In this document: positions 36,760 to 44,768 of the stretch, in pieces
How the letters are laid out: each line of letters begins with the position of its first letter
Numbering within the stretch: position 1 is the stretch's first letter
Sequence record: MF459647.1
Reading direction: 5' to 3' (one strand)
DNA length: 64,000 bases
The notes under the pieces: generated by a model
Databases searched by the model: none
Seen by the model: the letters and a program-made list of their open reading frames with translations, nothing else
Told to the model about the DNA's origin: nothing
Translations under genes and position numbers: made by a program

Positions 36760-37083
36760 ATGGGACGGTTTACTCGTAATGTGGGTTATCGTAGCAAGCA
36801 CAATAAACGTTGTCAGGAACTCAAAGAAACTATCCTGAAAACAGCGGCAGATTATCGACGAGTGTGTGAGCTCGGACGCAACAAGAAACATCTGCTGAAC
36901 TACATGATTCGTCAATACGGTCGCAACAAAGTGGCTGCGGATTTACACACCATCAAAGTTTTACGGATAACCCTGGCGAAATTAGCAAGGGAATCCAAAC
37001 TGTATGAACTGCAGCTGATTGAACTGAAAGCGCAGTATCATAGTGCCTACCAAAAACTTTTTAAGGTTGTGGAACATGCTTGA
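36760..37083 (+). CDS. Basic coiled-coil hypothetical protein
   Basis: taagga SD. Confidence 0.7.
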   Translation: MGRFTRNVGYRSKHNKRCQELKETILKTAADYRRVCELGRNKKHLLNYMIRQYGRNKVAADLHTIKVLRITLAKLARESKLYELQLIELKAQYHSAYQKLFKVVEHA

Positions 37084-37366
37084 GTCCCAAGATGACGACC
37101 GTCCAGTATTGACTGAAATATGTCCCGGTCAATCGTACAGTATTGTGGTTGACTTGAAAAAGCTGGATTATGTCGGGCCTTTATTCAAAGAATCCAGCGG
37201 TCAGTGGCCTCACTTCTATATTGGGTATGGAACTGGGGAACACAAAGTAACCTTCAAACTTAACTCCGAAGCTGAAAAGGTTCGTAAAGAACTTTTAACA
37301 CACGTTATCAACGATAGAGGAACGAAAGATGCCAAACCAATCTCAAGCTCCAGCAGTTGTTACTAA
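37076..37366 (+). CDS. Hypothetical protein
   Basis: Start placed at ATG 37076. Confidence 0.65.
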   Translation: MLESQDDDRPVLTEICPGQSYSIVVDLKKLDYVGPLFKESSGQWPHFYIGYGTGEHKVTFKLNSEAEKVRKELLTHVINDRGTKDAKPISSSSSCY

Positions 37367-37709
37367 TCGTATCGCCTTGGTTTTAAAGGTCAATCACCTG
37401 GAAGCCATCGAAGGCGGGTTTGAATCCGGTGCGCCGTTTGTACTGGAATACGAGAACAAGCAGGTCTTCCCAAATGAAGAAGCCCGTACGCTGTTCCTGA
37501 AGTCCATGCAGCTTATCCAGACCACCGAATACGGTTGGGACTATGCGGTGTATCGTGTAATTCCGGAAAACCGTGAAGTCCTCGTTGGTCCGGGCGACTA
37601 CCTCGTGATCTTTGAAGACCGTAGCTTCGCCGCGTATGTGGGTGCCGGCGGCCTTAACATCATCAACCACCCAGAACTGGGTGACGTCATTACGGTGAGC
37701 CGCGATTAA
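37329..37709 (+). CDS. Hypothetical protein
   Basis: gagga SD; biased codons. Confidence 0.7.
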   Translation: MPNQSQAPAVVTNRIALVLKVNHLEAIEGGFESGAPFVLEYENKQVFPNEEARTLFLKSMQLIQTTEYGWDYAVYRVIPENREVLVGPGDYLVIFEDRSFAAYVGAGGLNIINHPELGDVITVSRD

Positions 37710-37711
37710 TC

Positions 37712-38656
37712 ATGGCCACGGAGAAACCTAAAATGACCAATACACCCTTAGAGCTCTTTGAGGCTTTTGAAGAGCTGCAGTCTGACATCTATGCCAAGTA
37801 CAAAGGTGAAAGTGTCACACCTGAGTTATTGGGTCAGGTTGAAGCTGACTTCTTCGATGCAATTAACCTGTGGCGCTACCGTCCCTCGTTGATTCCTCGT
37901 ACTAAGGGCCGTCTGTTGTCGGTAAAGGCAGCGGTAAGTGAATCGGGCAATGGGTTTACTATTACCCCCAGTGATGATCTGAAAACAATCCTGGAAGATC
38001 TTATCCGTGATCTCATCAACGAGTCCTTTCGTAATAAACGTGCGCACCACTCAAGGAATCACCCGATGCTTGAATCTGGACATTTCCGCTCACAGCTTAA
38101 CCTGTTTGTAAAGTATGACGGTCGACTGATTAAACCGTTCTTGTCAACCATTGAACGACCTGATGCAGAGAACCAGCACGTCCAACACTTGTTCATTGGG
38201 TTCAGAAAATCTTTCGATCGGTTATTCAATACCGATGAGTTTGAGAAAGAGTTCCCTGACCTCATCCGTCGTGCAGAACAAACCGGTAAAGCGACTTTGG
38301 CTAAACCCCATGTTGAGATTATCGTTATCAAGAGCGCGATGGGGATAAGCCCTGAAACCTTGGTTAACGAACATAACCTGGGTGAATACACCGGACCTAA
38401 ACTGGTGTTAAGCGGGGGTGCAACTGATGTACTGCACAAGCTGTTTTGGTTCGGTCCGCAAAACGTTGGTGACTTGCCTTCAAAAGCAGGTGAAAGCGAA
38501 TTGCGAGAACTGGGCTACTGTCAGCGCATGCTTGTAAAGAACGCACCCAAAGACAGAGATCAGTGTGTCATCATGTTAACCACTCAAGGGTTGCTGTACG
38601 CAATTAAAGAGTACCAGGCAGCCAAAAACTTACCACCGTCTGTTCGCAAACTGTAA
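37712..38656 (+). CDS. Hypothetical protein
   Basis: Tiles the run. Confidence 0.75.
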   Translation: MATEKPKMTNTPLELFEAFEELQSDIYAKYKGESVTPELLGQVEADFFDAINLWRYRPSLIPRTKGRLLSVKAAVSESGNGFTITPSDDLKTILEDLIRDLINESFRNKRAHHSRNHPMLESGHFRSQLNLFVKYDGRLIKPFLSTIERPDAENQHVQHLFIGFRKSFDRLFNTDEFEKEFPDLIRRAEQTGKATLAKPHVEIIVIKSAMGISPETLVNEHNLGEYTGPKLVLSGGATDVLHKLFWFGPQNVGDLPSKAGESELRELGYCQRMLVKNAPKDRDQCVIMLTTQGLLYAIKEYQAAKNLPPSVRKL

Positions 38657-38661
38657 CATAT

Positions 38662-38700
38662 CAGGTGAGGGCACATGCCCTCACCTGTGATTAGTTTTTA
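38662..38700 (+). terminator. Terminator hairpin
   Basis: caggtgagggca/tgccctcacctg. Confidence 0.7.
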
Positions 38701-38757
38701 CTGTCGGTCTGATGATATAACTCTCTGATCGAATCATTAAATGAGTAAGGATAGAAA

Positions 38758-39615
38758 ATGAAACAATATTTAGATATGGCACGTCATGTACTGGAAACCG
38801 GCGTTGAAAAGAAAGACCGTACCGGTACAGGCACCCTGTCTGTGTTTGGTTACCAGATGCGTTTTAACCTGCAAGAAGGTTTCCCGCTGGTGACCACGAA
38901 GAAGTGCCATATGCGTTCTATTATCCATGAGCTGCTGTGGTTCCTCAAAGGCGACACCAACACCCAGTACCTTACGGATAACGGCGTCACCATCTGGGAT
39001 GAGTGGGCGCTGAAAGAAGATGAAGTAACTGAGTACCCGCTGTCTAATCCTGACCGTGTGGGTTATGCCATGACCAATGGGTTATGGACTGATGGGGGTT
39101 CTCGCTTAATTGCCAAACTTAACAAGCTGGGTGAGGAAGAAGGAAACCTCTACCTGGATACGCTGGGCGTGCCGCGCAGTGAGAAATATGTTAATCGTAA
39201 AAAGGGCGACCTGGGTCCAGTTTACGGCAAGCAGTGGCGTAACTGGGACGCAACCTCCCGTCGTGGTATGATTGCCGGTCAGGCCGAAAGTATCGACCAA
39301 ATTGCAGTGGTCATGGATCAGCTGAGAAAAGACCCTGATAGTCGCCGTATCATCGTGTCAGCCTGGAACGTTGCAGAGCTGTCGCAAATGGCGCTGGCTC
39401 CGTGTCATGCGTTCTTCCAGTTCTATACGCGCGAGCTTACCTTCAGAGAACGTTATGACTGGGCTAAAGATAACCTTGAAGGTGGTCTGCGTCAGATGTT
39501 CATTGACCGTCCGGCGGAAGTTCGTTTAGAACATAAAGAAGTAGAGTATTACACCGAACAGTTTGATAAGCATAATGTTCCTACGCGCGCATTATCCTGT
39601 CAGCTCTATCAGCGT
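38758..39615 (+). CDS. thyA: Thymidylate synthase, exon 1
   Basis: KKDRTGTGT; FPLVTTKK; [12 protein letters not shown]; [11 protein letters not shown]; ALAPCH (catalytic Cys); ends at LSCQLYQR. Confidence 0.95.
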
Positions 39616-40704
39616 AAACAACACTGCGCCTTCTAGTGGTGACACTAGTCGAAAAACACTCCCTAAAACGGGAAGAACTCCATTGGAGAGAATCCGTTAC
39701 TAAGTAATCCATTTCCATGCATACTTCTTTTTTAAAAAAGGAGGTAGTTATGGAAGCTGTGTGTTATATCCTCTCTTTTAAGAAAGAAGATAAAGTGAAG
39801 ACCTACGTTGGTCACACGGTTGAGTTTGAGAAACGTCTTGCTCGTCATTTACGAGAGCTAAAGCAAGGTATTCATCATAACAGTGAATTACAAGCTTTAT
39901 ATGACGATGGCTGGGAATTCGACAGCAGCAAACTCATTCCGGTTGGGAATAAGAAACTTGCTCATCAGTTAGAGCAGGAACACATTCTCGCCAACAAAGA
40001 TAATCCTGATTCAGTCAACATTGAGTGTGGTAACGACACCTTTACCAATAATCCTCGTAAAGAGGAAATAAAGGTAAAACTCGTTGCGCATCTTAAGAAC
40101 TTCATGGACAGTCTTTCTGATGAAGAAAGAAAAGAAGTGTATGGTCGTGTTGGCGAAATAAATGGGATGCACGGTCAATCTCACTCAGAAGAAACACGCA
40201 AATTAATCAGCGAGAAGGTTAAGGCTTATTACGAAGAACACGATGCTCCTGCTAAGGGCCGTAAACTTACAGATGAACAACGTGCGCTCCTTTCTATTCT
40301 AGCGTCTGGCCGTACTGGTGAAGCTAATCCGTTTTACGGAAAGACTCACAGCGACGAGACCAAGAAGAAAATAGCCGAGGCTAAAAAGGGTAATCTCCCA
40401 TCCAACACTAAATCAGTGTCGGTAAATGGGGTTATCTATAAGAGTATGTCAGAAGCTGCAAGAACGCTGGGTATTAATCCTACCGTGGCTCTTTGGCGTA
40501 TCAAAAGTCCCAACGTGAAGTATGCTGATTGGAAATGGGTTTAAATGTCCAACGACCAGAACGTGATTGTTCGTAGGGTTCAAGTGAACTCGAAATGGGA
40601 GAGCTTCTGCATAAGCAGAAGGTGATATGGTCTGATCTGCATGGTGACATGCAGCTGCAAGTAATGTTGCGGGGTGGGAGTAACGAACCCACCTGAACAT
40701 ATTG
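39616..40704 (+). mobile_element. Group I self-splicing intron (IA2-like), 1089 nt
   Basis: 5' exon ends in U, intron ends in G; IGS cactGcgc (39622-29) forms P1 with a U.G pair and P10 with exon 2 agtg; P2 and P9 have GUGA loops; P3 ctccc/gggag; P4 aacgg/ccgtt; P7 GACCA/UGGUC; P8 cttctgc/gcagaag; removal restores QLYQR|SADVFLG in frame. Confidence 0.93.
39750..40544 (+). CDS. Intron-encoded GIY-YIG homing endonuclease (I-TevI-like)
   Basis: CY...YVG...R...H...E...N catalytic domain; NUMOD3-type repeats HSEETRKLIS and HSDETKKKIA; C-terminal HTH VNGVIYKSMSEAARTLG; aaggagg SD before ATG 39750. Confidence 0.92.
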   Translation: MEAVCYILSFKKEDKVKTYVGHTVEFEKRLARHLRELKQGIHHNSELQALYDDGWEFDSSKLIPVGNKKLAHQLEQEHILANKDNPDSVNIECGNDTFTNNPRKEEIKVKLVAHLKNFMDSLSDEERKEVYGRVGEINGMHGQSHSEETRKLISEKVKAYYEEHDAPAKGRKLTDEQRALLSILASGRTGEANPFYGKTHSDETKKKIAEAKKGNLPSNTKSVSVNGVIYKSMSEAARTLGINPTVALWRIKSPNVKYADWKWV

Positions 40705-41001
40705 AGTGCTGACGTCTTCCTCGGCGTGCCGTTTAACATCGCCAGCTACGCGCTGCTGATTCACATGGTTGCTCAACAGGTTAACATGGTGCCTGAAGAG
40801 TTCGTGTGGACAGGCGGTGATGTGCATCTGTACTCTAACCACCTGGAACAGATTAAAGAACAGCTGACCCGTGAACCACGTCCGCTGCCAAAACTGGTTA
40901 TCAAACATAAGCCGGCCTCTATCTTTGAATATAACTTCATTGACTTTGAGCTGCAGGATTATGATTCACATCCGACCATCAAAGCACCGGTCGCGATTTA
41001 A
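40705..41001 (+). CDS. thyA: Thymidylate synthase, exon 2
   Basis: [15 protein letters not shown]...GDVHLYSNH...IKAPVAI. Confidence 0.95.
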   Translation, partial: SADVFLGVPFNIASYALLIHMVAQQVNMVPEEFVWTGGDVHLYSNHLEQIKEQLTREPRPLPKLVIKHKPASIFEYNFIDFELQDYDSHPTIKAPVAI

Positions 41002-41015
41002 AACCATTTAATCTA

Positions 41016-41045
41016 TACTCCTACTCCCGTTGGGGAGTAGGAGTA
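41016..41045. terminator. Bidirectional terminator between convergent genes
   Basis: tactcctactccc-gttg-gggagtaggagta. Confidence 0.8.
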
Positions 41046-41055
41046 TTTATATTGC

Positions 41056-41982
41056 TTATTTTTTGCTTGCAATAAATTCAGAGAGTTTATTACATTCGGT
41101 GACGATAGCCAGGTTCAATTTGGTTACCTTAGCCACAGCGGTAATCCAAATCTTAAGCATCTCCATTACTTGACGAACGGTAACACCCTTTTCCCGTTCC
41201 GGCGCTTGTGAGTCATCGGTAGTCAAGCCCAGAGATTTTAGATGCTCAAACGATTCGTAATACTTCTTGTAGAACGATTCGCTGCCTTGCAGGGATTTGA
41301 ACTCTAGGTCCGCGTGCTCAACATAATACTCACATGTGCTGAGCGTTTGGGAGAAGTCTGTGGATGAAAAGGTTTTCTCATCCCCACCGGCGCTGATTAA
41401 CTTCTTGGCGTAACCTTCCAGATCGTTGTAGAGTTTCGGCTCAACGTCTTTGCGTTTTTCCAGCTCGGTTAACGCATGGTCAAGGACGTTCTTACGCTCT
41501 TCAGCAATCTTGATGATTTTGTCACCGCGTGCTTTAACGTCGTCTTCGATATCGATGATTTTCATCTTCTCTTTGAACTCGACGGTGTTCACTACCTTCT
41601 TGCATTCCAGCAAGCTGGCTTTGGTTTCTTTCACAGCGGTTTCAGCGGTCTTCTTCTTAAAGAAGAAATCCCAGATACCACGGAAGATCTTCTGGATATA
41701 CTCCAGCGCTTTACCGAAGGTTTTCTTGATGGTATCCATCGCCCCTTCGTTACCGTCACGCATCATCGGTACAATGCCTTGAGCGTACAGTGCGCCATGC
41801 AGGTATTCCTGTGCGTGGGTCAGTCCTTCCACACCAGTTACCGGTGAGATGGTGTCAATCACGCCGTCCATTACCTGCTCGATGTGCTCTGGCAGACCGT
41901 CAAAGTCTTCAGCCTGAATATCAACACCTGGAGTTTCAGGAGCAAGGCCTTTGATTTCCAGGAAATCTTCGTAGTACGTCAT
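41056..41982 (-). CDS. Putative internal head (ejection-type) protein; paralog of 11147..12025
   Basis: Acidic N-terminal propeptide-like region; GVEG...AQEYLHG...GNEG; amphipathic IQKIFRGIWDFF. Confidence 0.65.
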   Translation of the reverse strand: MTYYEDFLEIKGLAPETPGVDIQAEDFDGLPEHIEQVMDGVIDTISPVTGVEGLTHAQEYLHGALYAQGIVPMMRDGNEGAMDTIKKTFGKALEYIQKIFRGIWDFFFKKKTAETAVKETKASLLECKKVVNTVEFKEKMKIIDIEDDVKARGDKIIKIAEERKNVLDHALTELEKRKDVEPKLYNDLEGYAKKLISAGGDEKTFSSTDFSQTLSTCEYYVEHADLEFKSLQGSESFYKKYYESFEHLKSLGLTTDDSQAPEREKGVTVRQVMEMLKIWITAVAKVTKLNLAIVTECNKLSEFIASKK

Positions 41983-42015
41983 AATGTTCTATCCTGTCTG
42001 AATAAGGGTTAAAGT

Positions 42016-42023
42016 CATAACAT
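42016..42023 (-). promoter_or_regulatory. Late-type TATG promoter motif (minus strand)
   Basis: atgtTATG on the minus strand upstream of 41982. Confidence 0.45.
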
Positions 42024-42041
42024 TCTTATTAATTTTCACAC

Positions 42042-42059
42042 CTACATTATCTATATGTA
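42042..42059 (+). promoter_or_regulatory. Early-type phage promoter motif
   Basis: cTACATTAT-ctata-TGTA. Confidence 0.7.
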
Positions 42060-42091
42060 TTAGCAACCCTTGATGAATAAAGGATAGAGAA

Positions 42092-43771
42092 ATGACCGAC
42101 ATGTTTACTCCATGTAATAGCAACGACATCGATTTCAACAAGCTGGCACCGCAGACGTTTTATAAAGGTGATGAAGTTCGAGTGATTGTTGACCATGTGG
42201 TTAAAGAAGTGGAAGCGATGGTAACATCGACCATGGGTCCGAACGGTCGTCTGGCGGTAATCAGTTACGGTACCGAACCCAAGACCACCAAAGACGGCGT
42301 CACTGTAGCGCGCAGCATCAAGTTCACTAACGAAGCTGCCGAGTACATCAACCGCATCATCACCGAGCCGGCTCTGAAAACCGACGAAGAGTGTGGCGAT
42401 GGTACCACAACAACAATCTTCTTAACCAAGCTGTTGTACGATCTGATGATCGAACACAACACCTTCCTGAAACATAAACGCATTGAAGAAATCGTGCAGT
42501 TTATGATTCTCAAACTCAAAGAGATGGCCATTCTGCCAGACGTGAACAGCGAAGAGCTGGCGGCGTTGGCGTTAACCAGCAGTAACAACGACCAGGCCAT
42601 TGCGACCACGGTAGTAAAAACCTATCGTGATTCTGAAACCGGGTTCCCGCACATTGAGTTGCGTTCTGGTAGCCAGCCGCATGACGTGGTAGAACCTATT
42701 GCTGGTTTACCGCTGCGCATGAAGTTCGCTAACGCCGCGTTCAGTCGTTACGGTAACGGTGAGAACACTACGCTGACAGATTACGTGGCTGTGGGTGTGG
42801 ATGCGTTGTTGAGCGTTCCTAATGACGACGTTGGCAAGGTGTATCTCGAAGCGCTGAAAGAGCTGGCTGATAAATACCCGAACCGTCCTATTCTGTTAAT
42901 TGGTCGCAGCATTGAAATCGATCTGTGCAACCTGGTGATGCAAGTTAACCGCCACAAGAACTCCTGGATTATTCCGGTAACCACTGGGCTGGGCGGTACG
43001 CTGGCAACCTTGCTGTTGGGCGATATCTTAACGGTGCTGGGTGGTAAGCTGGTGACCTCGGTTAGCGAAGTGGCGTCTGTGGAATTAATCCCGTCGTCAG
43101 ATGAGCTGGTGTTGGGTTCTGACCGTGGGTTGGTAACTAAGCTGACCGCTGAATCTCAAGAGCGTGTGAATGCACGTATTGCAGAAGTTCAGGAAACCTT
43201 AAACCAGCTACAACAGGCTGACCGTTTCAGCTTACGTTCTCGTTTCACTGAAAGTCGTATCCGTGATTTGAAAGGCGAACTGATTGTTATCTATGTAGGT
43301 GGCGAAACCCAGTCCGAAGTCAAAGAGCGCATCGACCGTTTCGAAGACGTAAACAAAGCGGTACGCAGTGCACTGGATAACGGCATCCTGCCGGGGTCGG
43401 GCTATGCCATGCGTGAACTGGGAACGGAAGTTATGCGTAACTTCGATAACGAAGAAGATCTCGAACTGGTGGGGGATATCTTCAATATCTGTTATCAACA
43501 ATACTTCCGTCTATTTGGTTCGTTGGGTCTCTTTGATGCCCATCGTTATCTTGAACTGGTGGACCAAATGGATGTGGATACTCTGGGCAGTGAGTTCAGT
43601 CGTTACATTAACCTGGCAACGGGTGAAGAAGGTCTGCCGCATGAAATCGGTGTCTTCGATACTGCGTATGCTTCTATCACCGCACTGCGTGGTGGTCTGA
43701 AGACAGCGAAGATTCTGGCGCAAACCAGCACGATTCTGCTGGGCAGCAAACTGGGCTCTCGTCAATTCTAA
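42092..43771 (+). CDS. groEL: Phage GroEL-like chaperonin
   Basis: STMGPNGR; TKDGVTVARSI; GDGTTT; VGGETQSEVKERIDRFED; GILPGSG; no GGM tail. Confidence 0.92.
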   Translation: MTDMFTPCNSNDIDFNKLAPQTFYKGDEVRVIVDHVVKEVEAMVTSTMGPNGRLAVISYGTEPKTTKDGVTVARSIKFTNEAAEYINRIITEPALKTDEECGDGTTTTIFLTKLLYDLMIEHNTFLKHKRIEEIVQFMILKLKEMAILPDVNSEELAALALTSSNNDQAIATTVVKTYRDSETGFPHIELRSGSQPHDVVEPIAGLPLRMKFANAAFSRYGNGENTTLTDYVAVGVDALLSVPNDDVGKVYLEALKELADKYPNRPILLIGRSIEIDLCNLVMQVNRHKNSWIIPVTTGLGGTLATLLLGDILTVLGGKLVTSVSEVASVELIPSSDELVLGSDRGLVTKLTAESQERVNARIAEVQETLNQLQQADRFSLRSRFTESRIRDLKGELIVIYVGGETQSEVKERIDRFEDVNKAVRSALDNGILPGSGYAMRELGTEVMRNFDNEEDLELVGDIFNICYQQYFRLFGSLGLFDAHRYLELVDQMDVDTLGSEFSRYINLATGEEGLPHEIGVFDTAYASITALRGGLKTAKILAQTSTILLGSKLGSRQF

Positions 43772-43778
43772 ATAATAC

Positions 43779-43806
43779 AAGGGGGCTTCGGCTCCCTTTA
43801 TTTTTT
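43779..43806 (+). terminator. Intrinsic terminator
   Basis: aagggggc-TTCG-gctccctt followed by a T-run. Confidence 0.75.
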
Positions 43807-43817
43807 GTAGGTAAATC

Positions 43818-44078
43818 ATGTTAACCAAACATATGCGCTTGTTGTTAAAACCTGGGTTTCTGCTGTACCTGTTTGTAGCGCTGGTTATGGAACGGTTCTC
43901 TTTCACCGAATTGGGCCGTACCTTTATTCAACTTCACCTGCTATCCACCATCACCATTATTCTGCTGCACGGATTGCCTTTACGGGAAGCGTTTAAGATT
44001 AAGTACATGCTGTTGATAATGGTTAGCTCATTAGGATTTTACTGCTTGTTCCATATTGTGTTAGCTTCTCTTTATTAA
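43818..44078 (+). CDS. Small multi-TM membrane protein
   Basis: Three hydrophobic segments in 86 aa. Confidence 0.65.
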   Translation: MLTKHMRLLLKPGFLLYLFVALVMERFSFTELGRTFIQLHLLSTITIILLHGLPLREAFKIKYMLLIMVSSLGFYCLFHIVLASLY

Positions 44079-44092
44079 AAGGATAATTCGCG

Positions 44093-44680
44093 ATGTCCGC
44101 AAAACTGTATTTCTATTATGGTGCCATGAATGGGGCAAAGACCACACAGCTCATTCAGAACGCGTATAACTATCAAGAGCGCAAGATGCTGCCGGTGGTG
44201 CTTAAGCCTAGCATGGATACCCGTGAAGGTGAAAAGCCGCGTGTGATTAGCCGTATTGGCTTAGAGTATCCTGCCATGATTGTGGAGTCCTACAACACCG
44301 ACGCCATGATTGCGGCCTGCAAAGACATTCTGGCTACCGGTGTGAACGTGGTCATGGTAGACGAGTCGCAGTTCTTTAGCGTAGAACAGATTCGTGTACT
44401 GGAAGACCTGGTTGACGAACACAACATTCCGGTGGTGTGCTACGGTCTGCGTAACAGCTTTAATAATGCCGGTTTCGAATCCATTGACTGGCTGTTGCGT
44501 AATGCCGACAAAATGGTTGAAGTCAAAAACATCTGCTTCTGCGGCGCGAAAGCCACTCACAACCTCATGGTCGTAGAAGGCAAGCCGGTAAAAGAAGCGG
44601 ACAGTCCGGTTTGTGTGGGTGGGAACACCCTGTACCATGCGGTTTGCCGACGTCACTTTAAACGCGGGCAGTTCGAATAA
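44093..44680 (+). CDS. tdk: Thymidine kinase (TK1 type)
   Basis: YGAMNGAKT; VDESQFF; CYGLR; ICFCG and AVCRRH Zn lasso; VCVGGNTLY. Confidence 0.93.
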   Translation: MSAKLYFYYGAMNGAKTTQLIQNAYNYQERKMLPVVLKPSMDTREGEKPRVISRIGLEYPAMIVESYNTDAMIAACKDILATGVNVVMVDESQFFSVEQIRVLEDLVDEHNIPVVCYGLRNSFNNAGFESIDWLLRNADKMVEVKNICFCGAKATHNLMVVEGKPVKEADSPVCVGGNTLYHAVCRRHFKRGQFE

Positions 44681-44703
44681 GAATTCTATGGTAGGTCTTT
44701 ACT

Positions 44704-44729
44704 CTAACCTCCCCTCACCGGGAGGTTAG
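44704..44729 (+). terminator. Stem-loop with CTCACC loop
   Basis: ctaacctccc-ctcacc-gggaggttag. Confidence 0.6.
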
Positions 44730-44768
44730 GGTGTTATCCATGGTTTTTATTTTTTTCGGAACTCCGCC

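Noticed and set aside
39010-39591. Inteins in ThyA
   Set aside because: The insertions lack C/S at the start, HN/HQ followed by C/S/T at the end, and HINT or LAGLIDADG motifs
38758-41001. thyA pseudogene or frameshift (ORF stops at 39636)
   Set aside because: Fully explained by a group I intron; splicing restores an intact, in-frame active site
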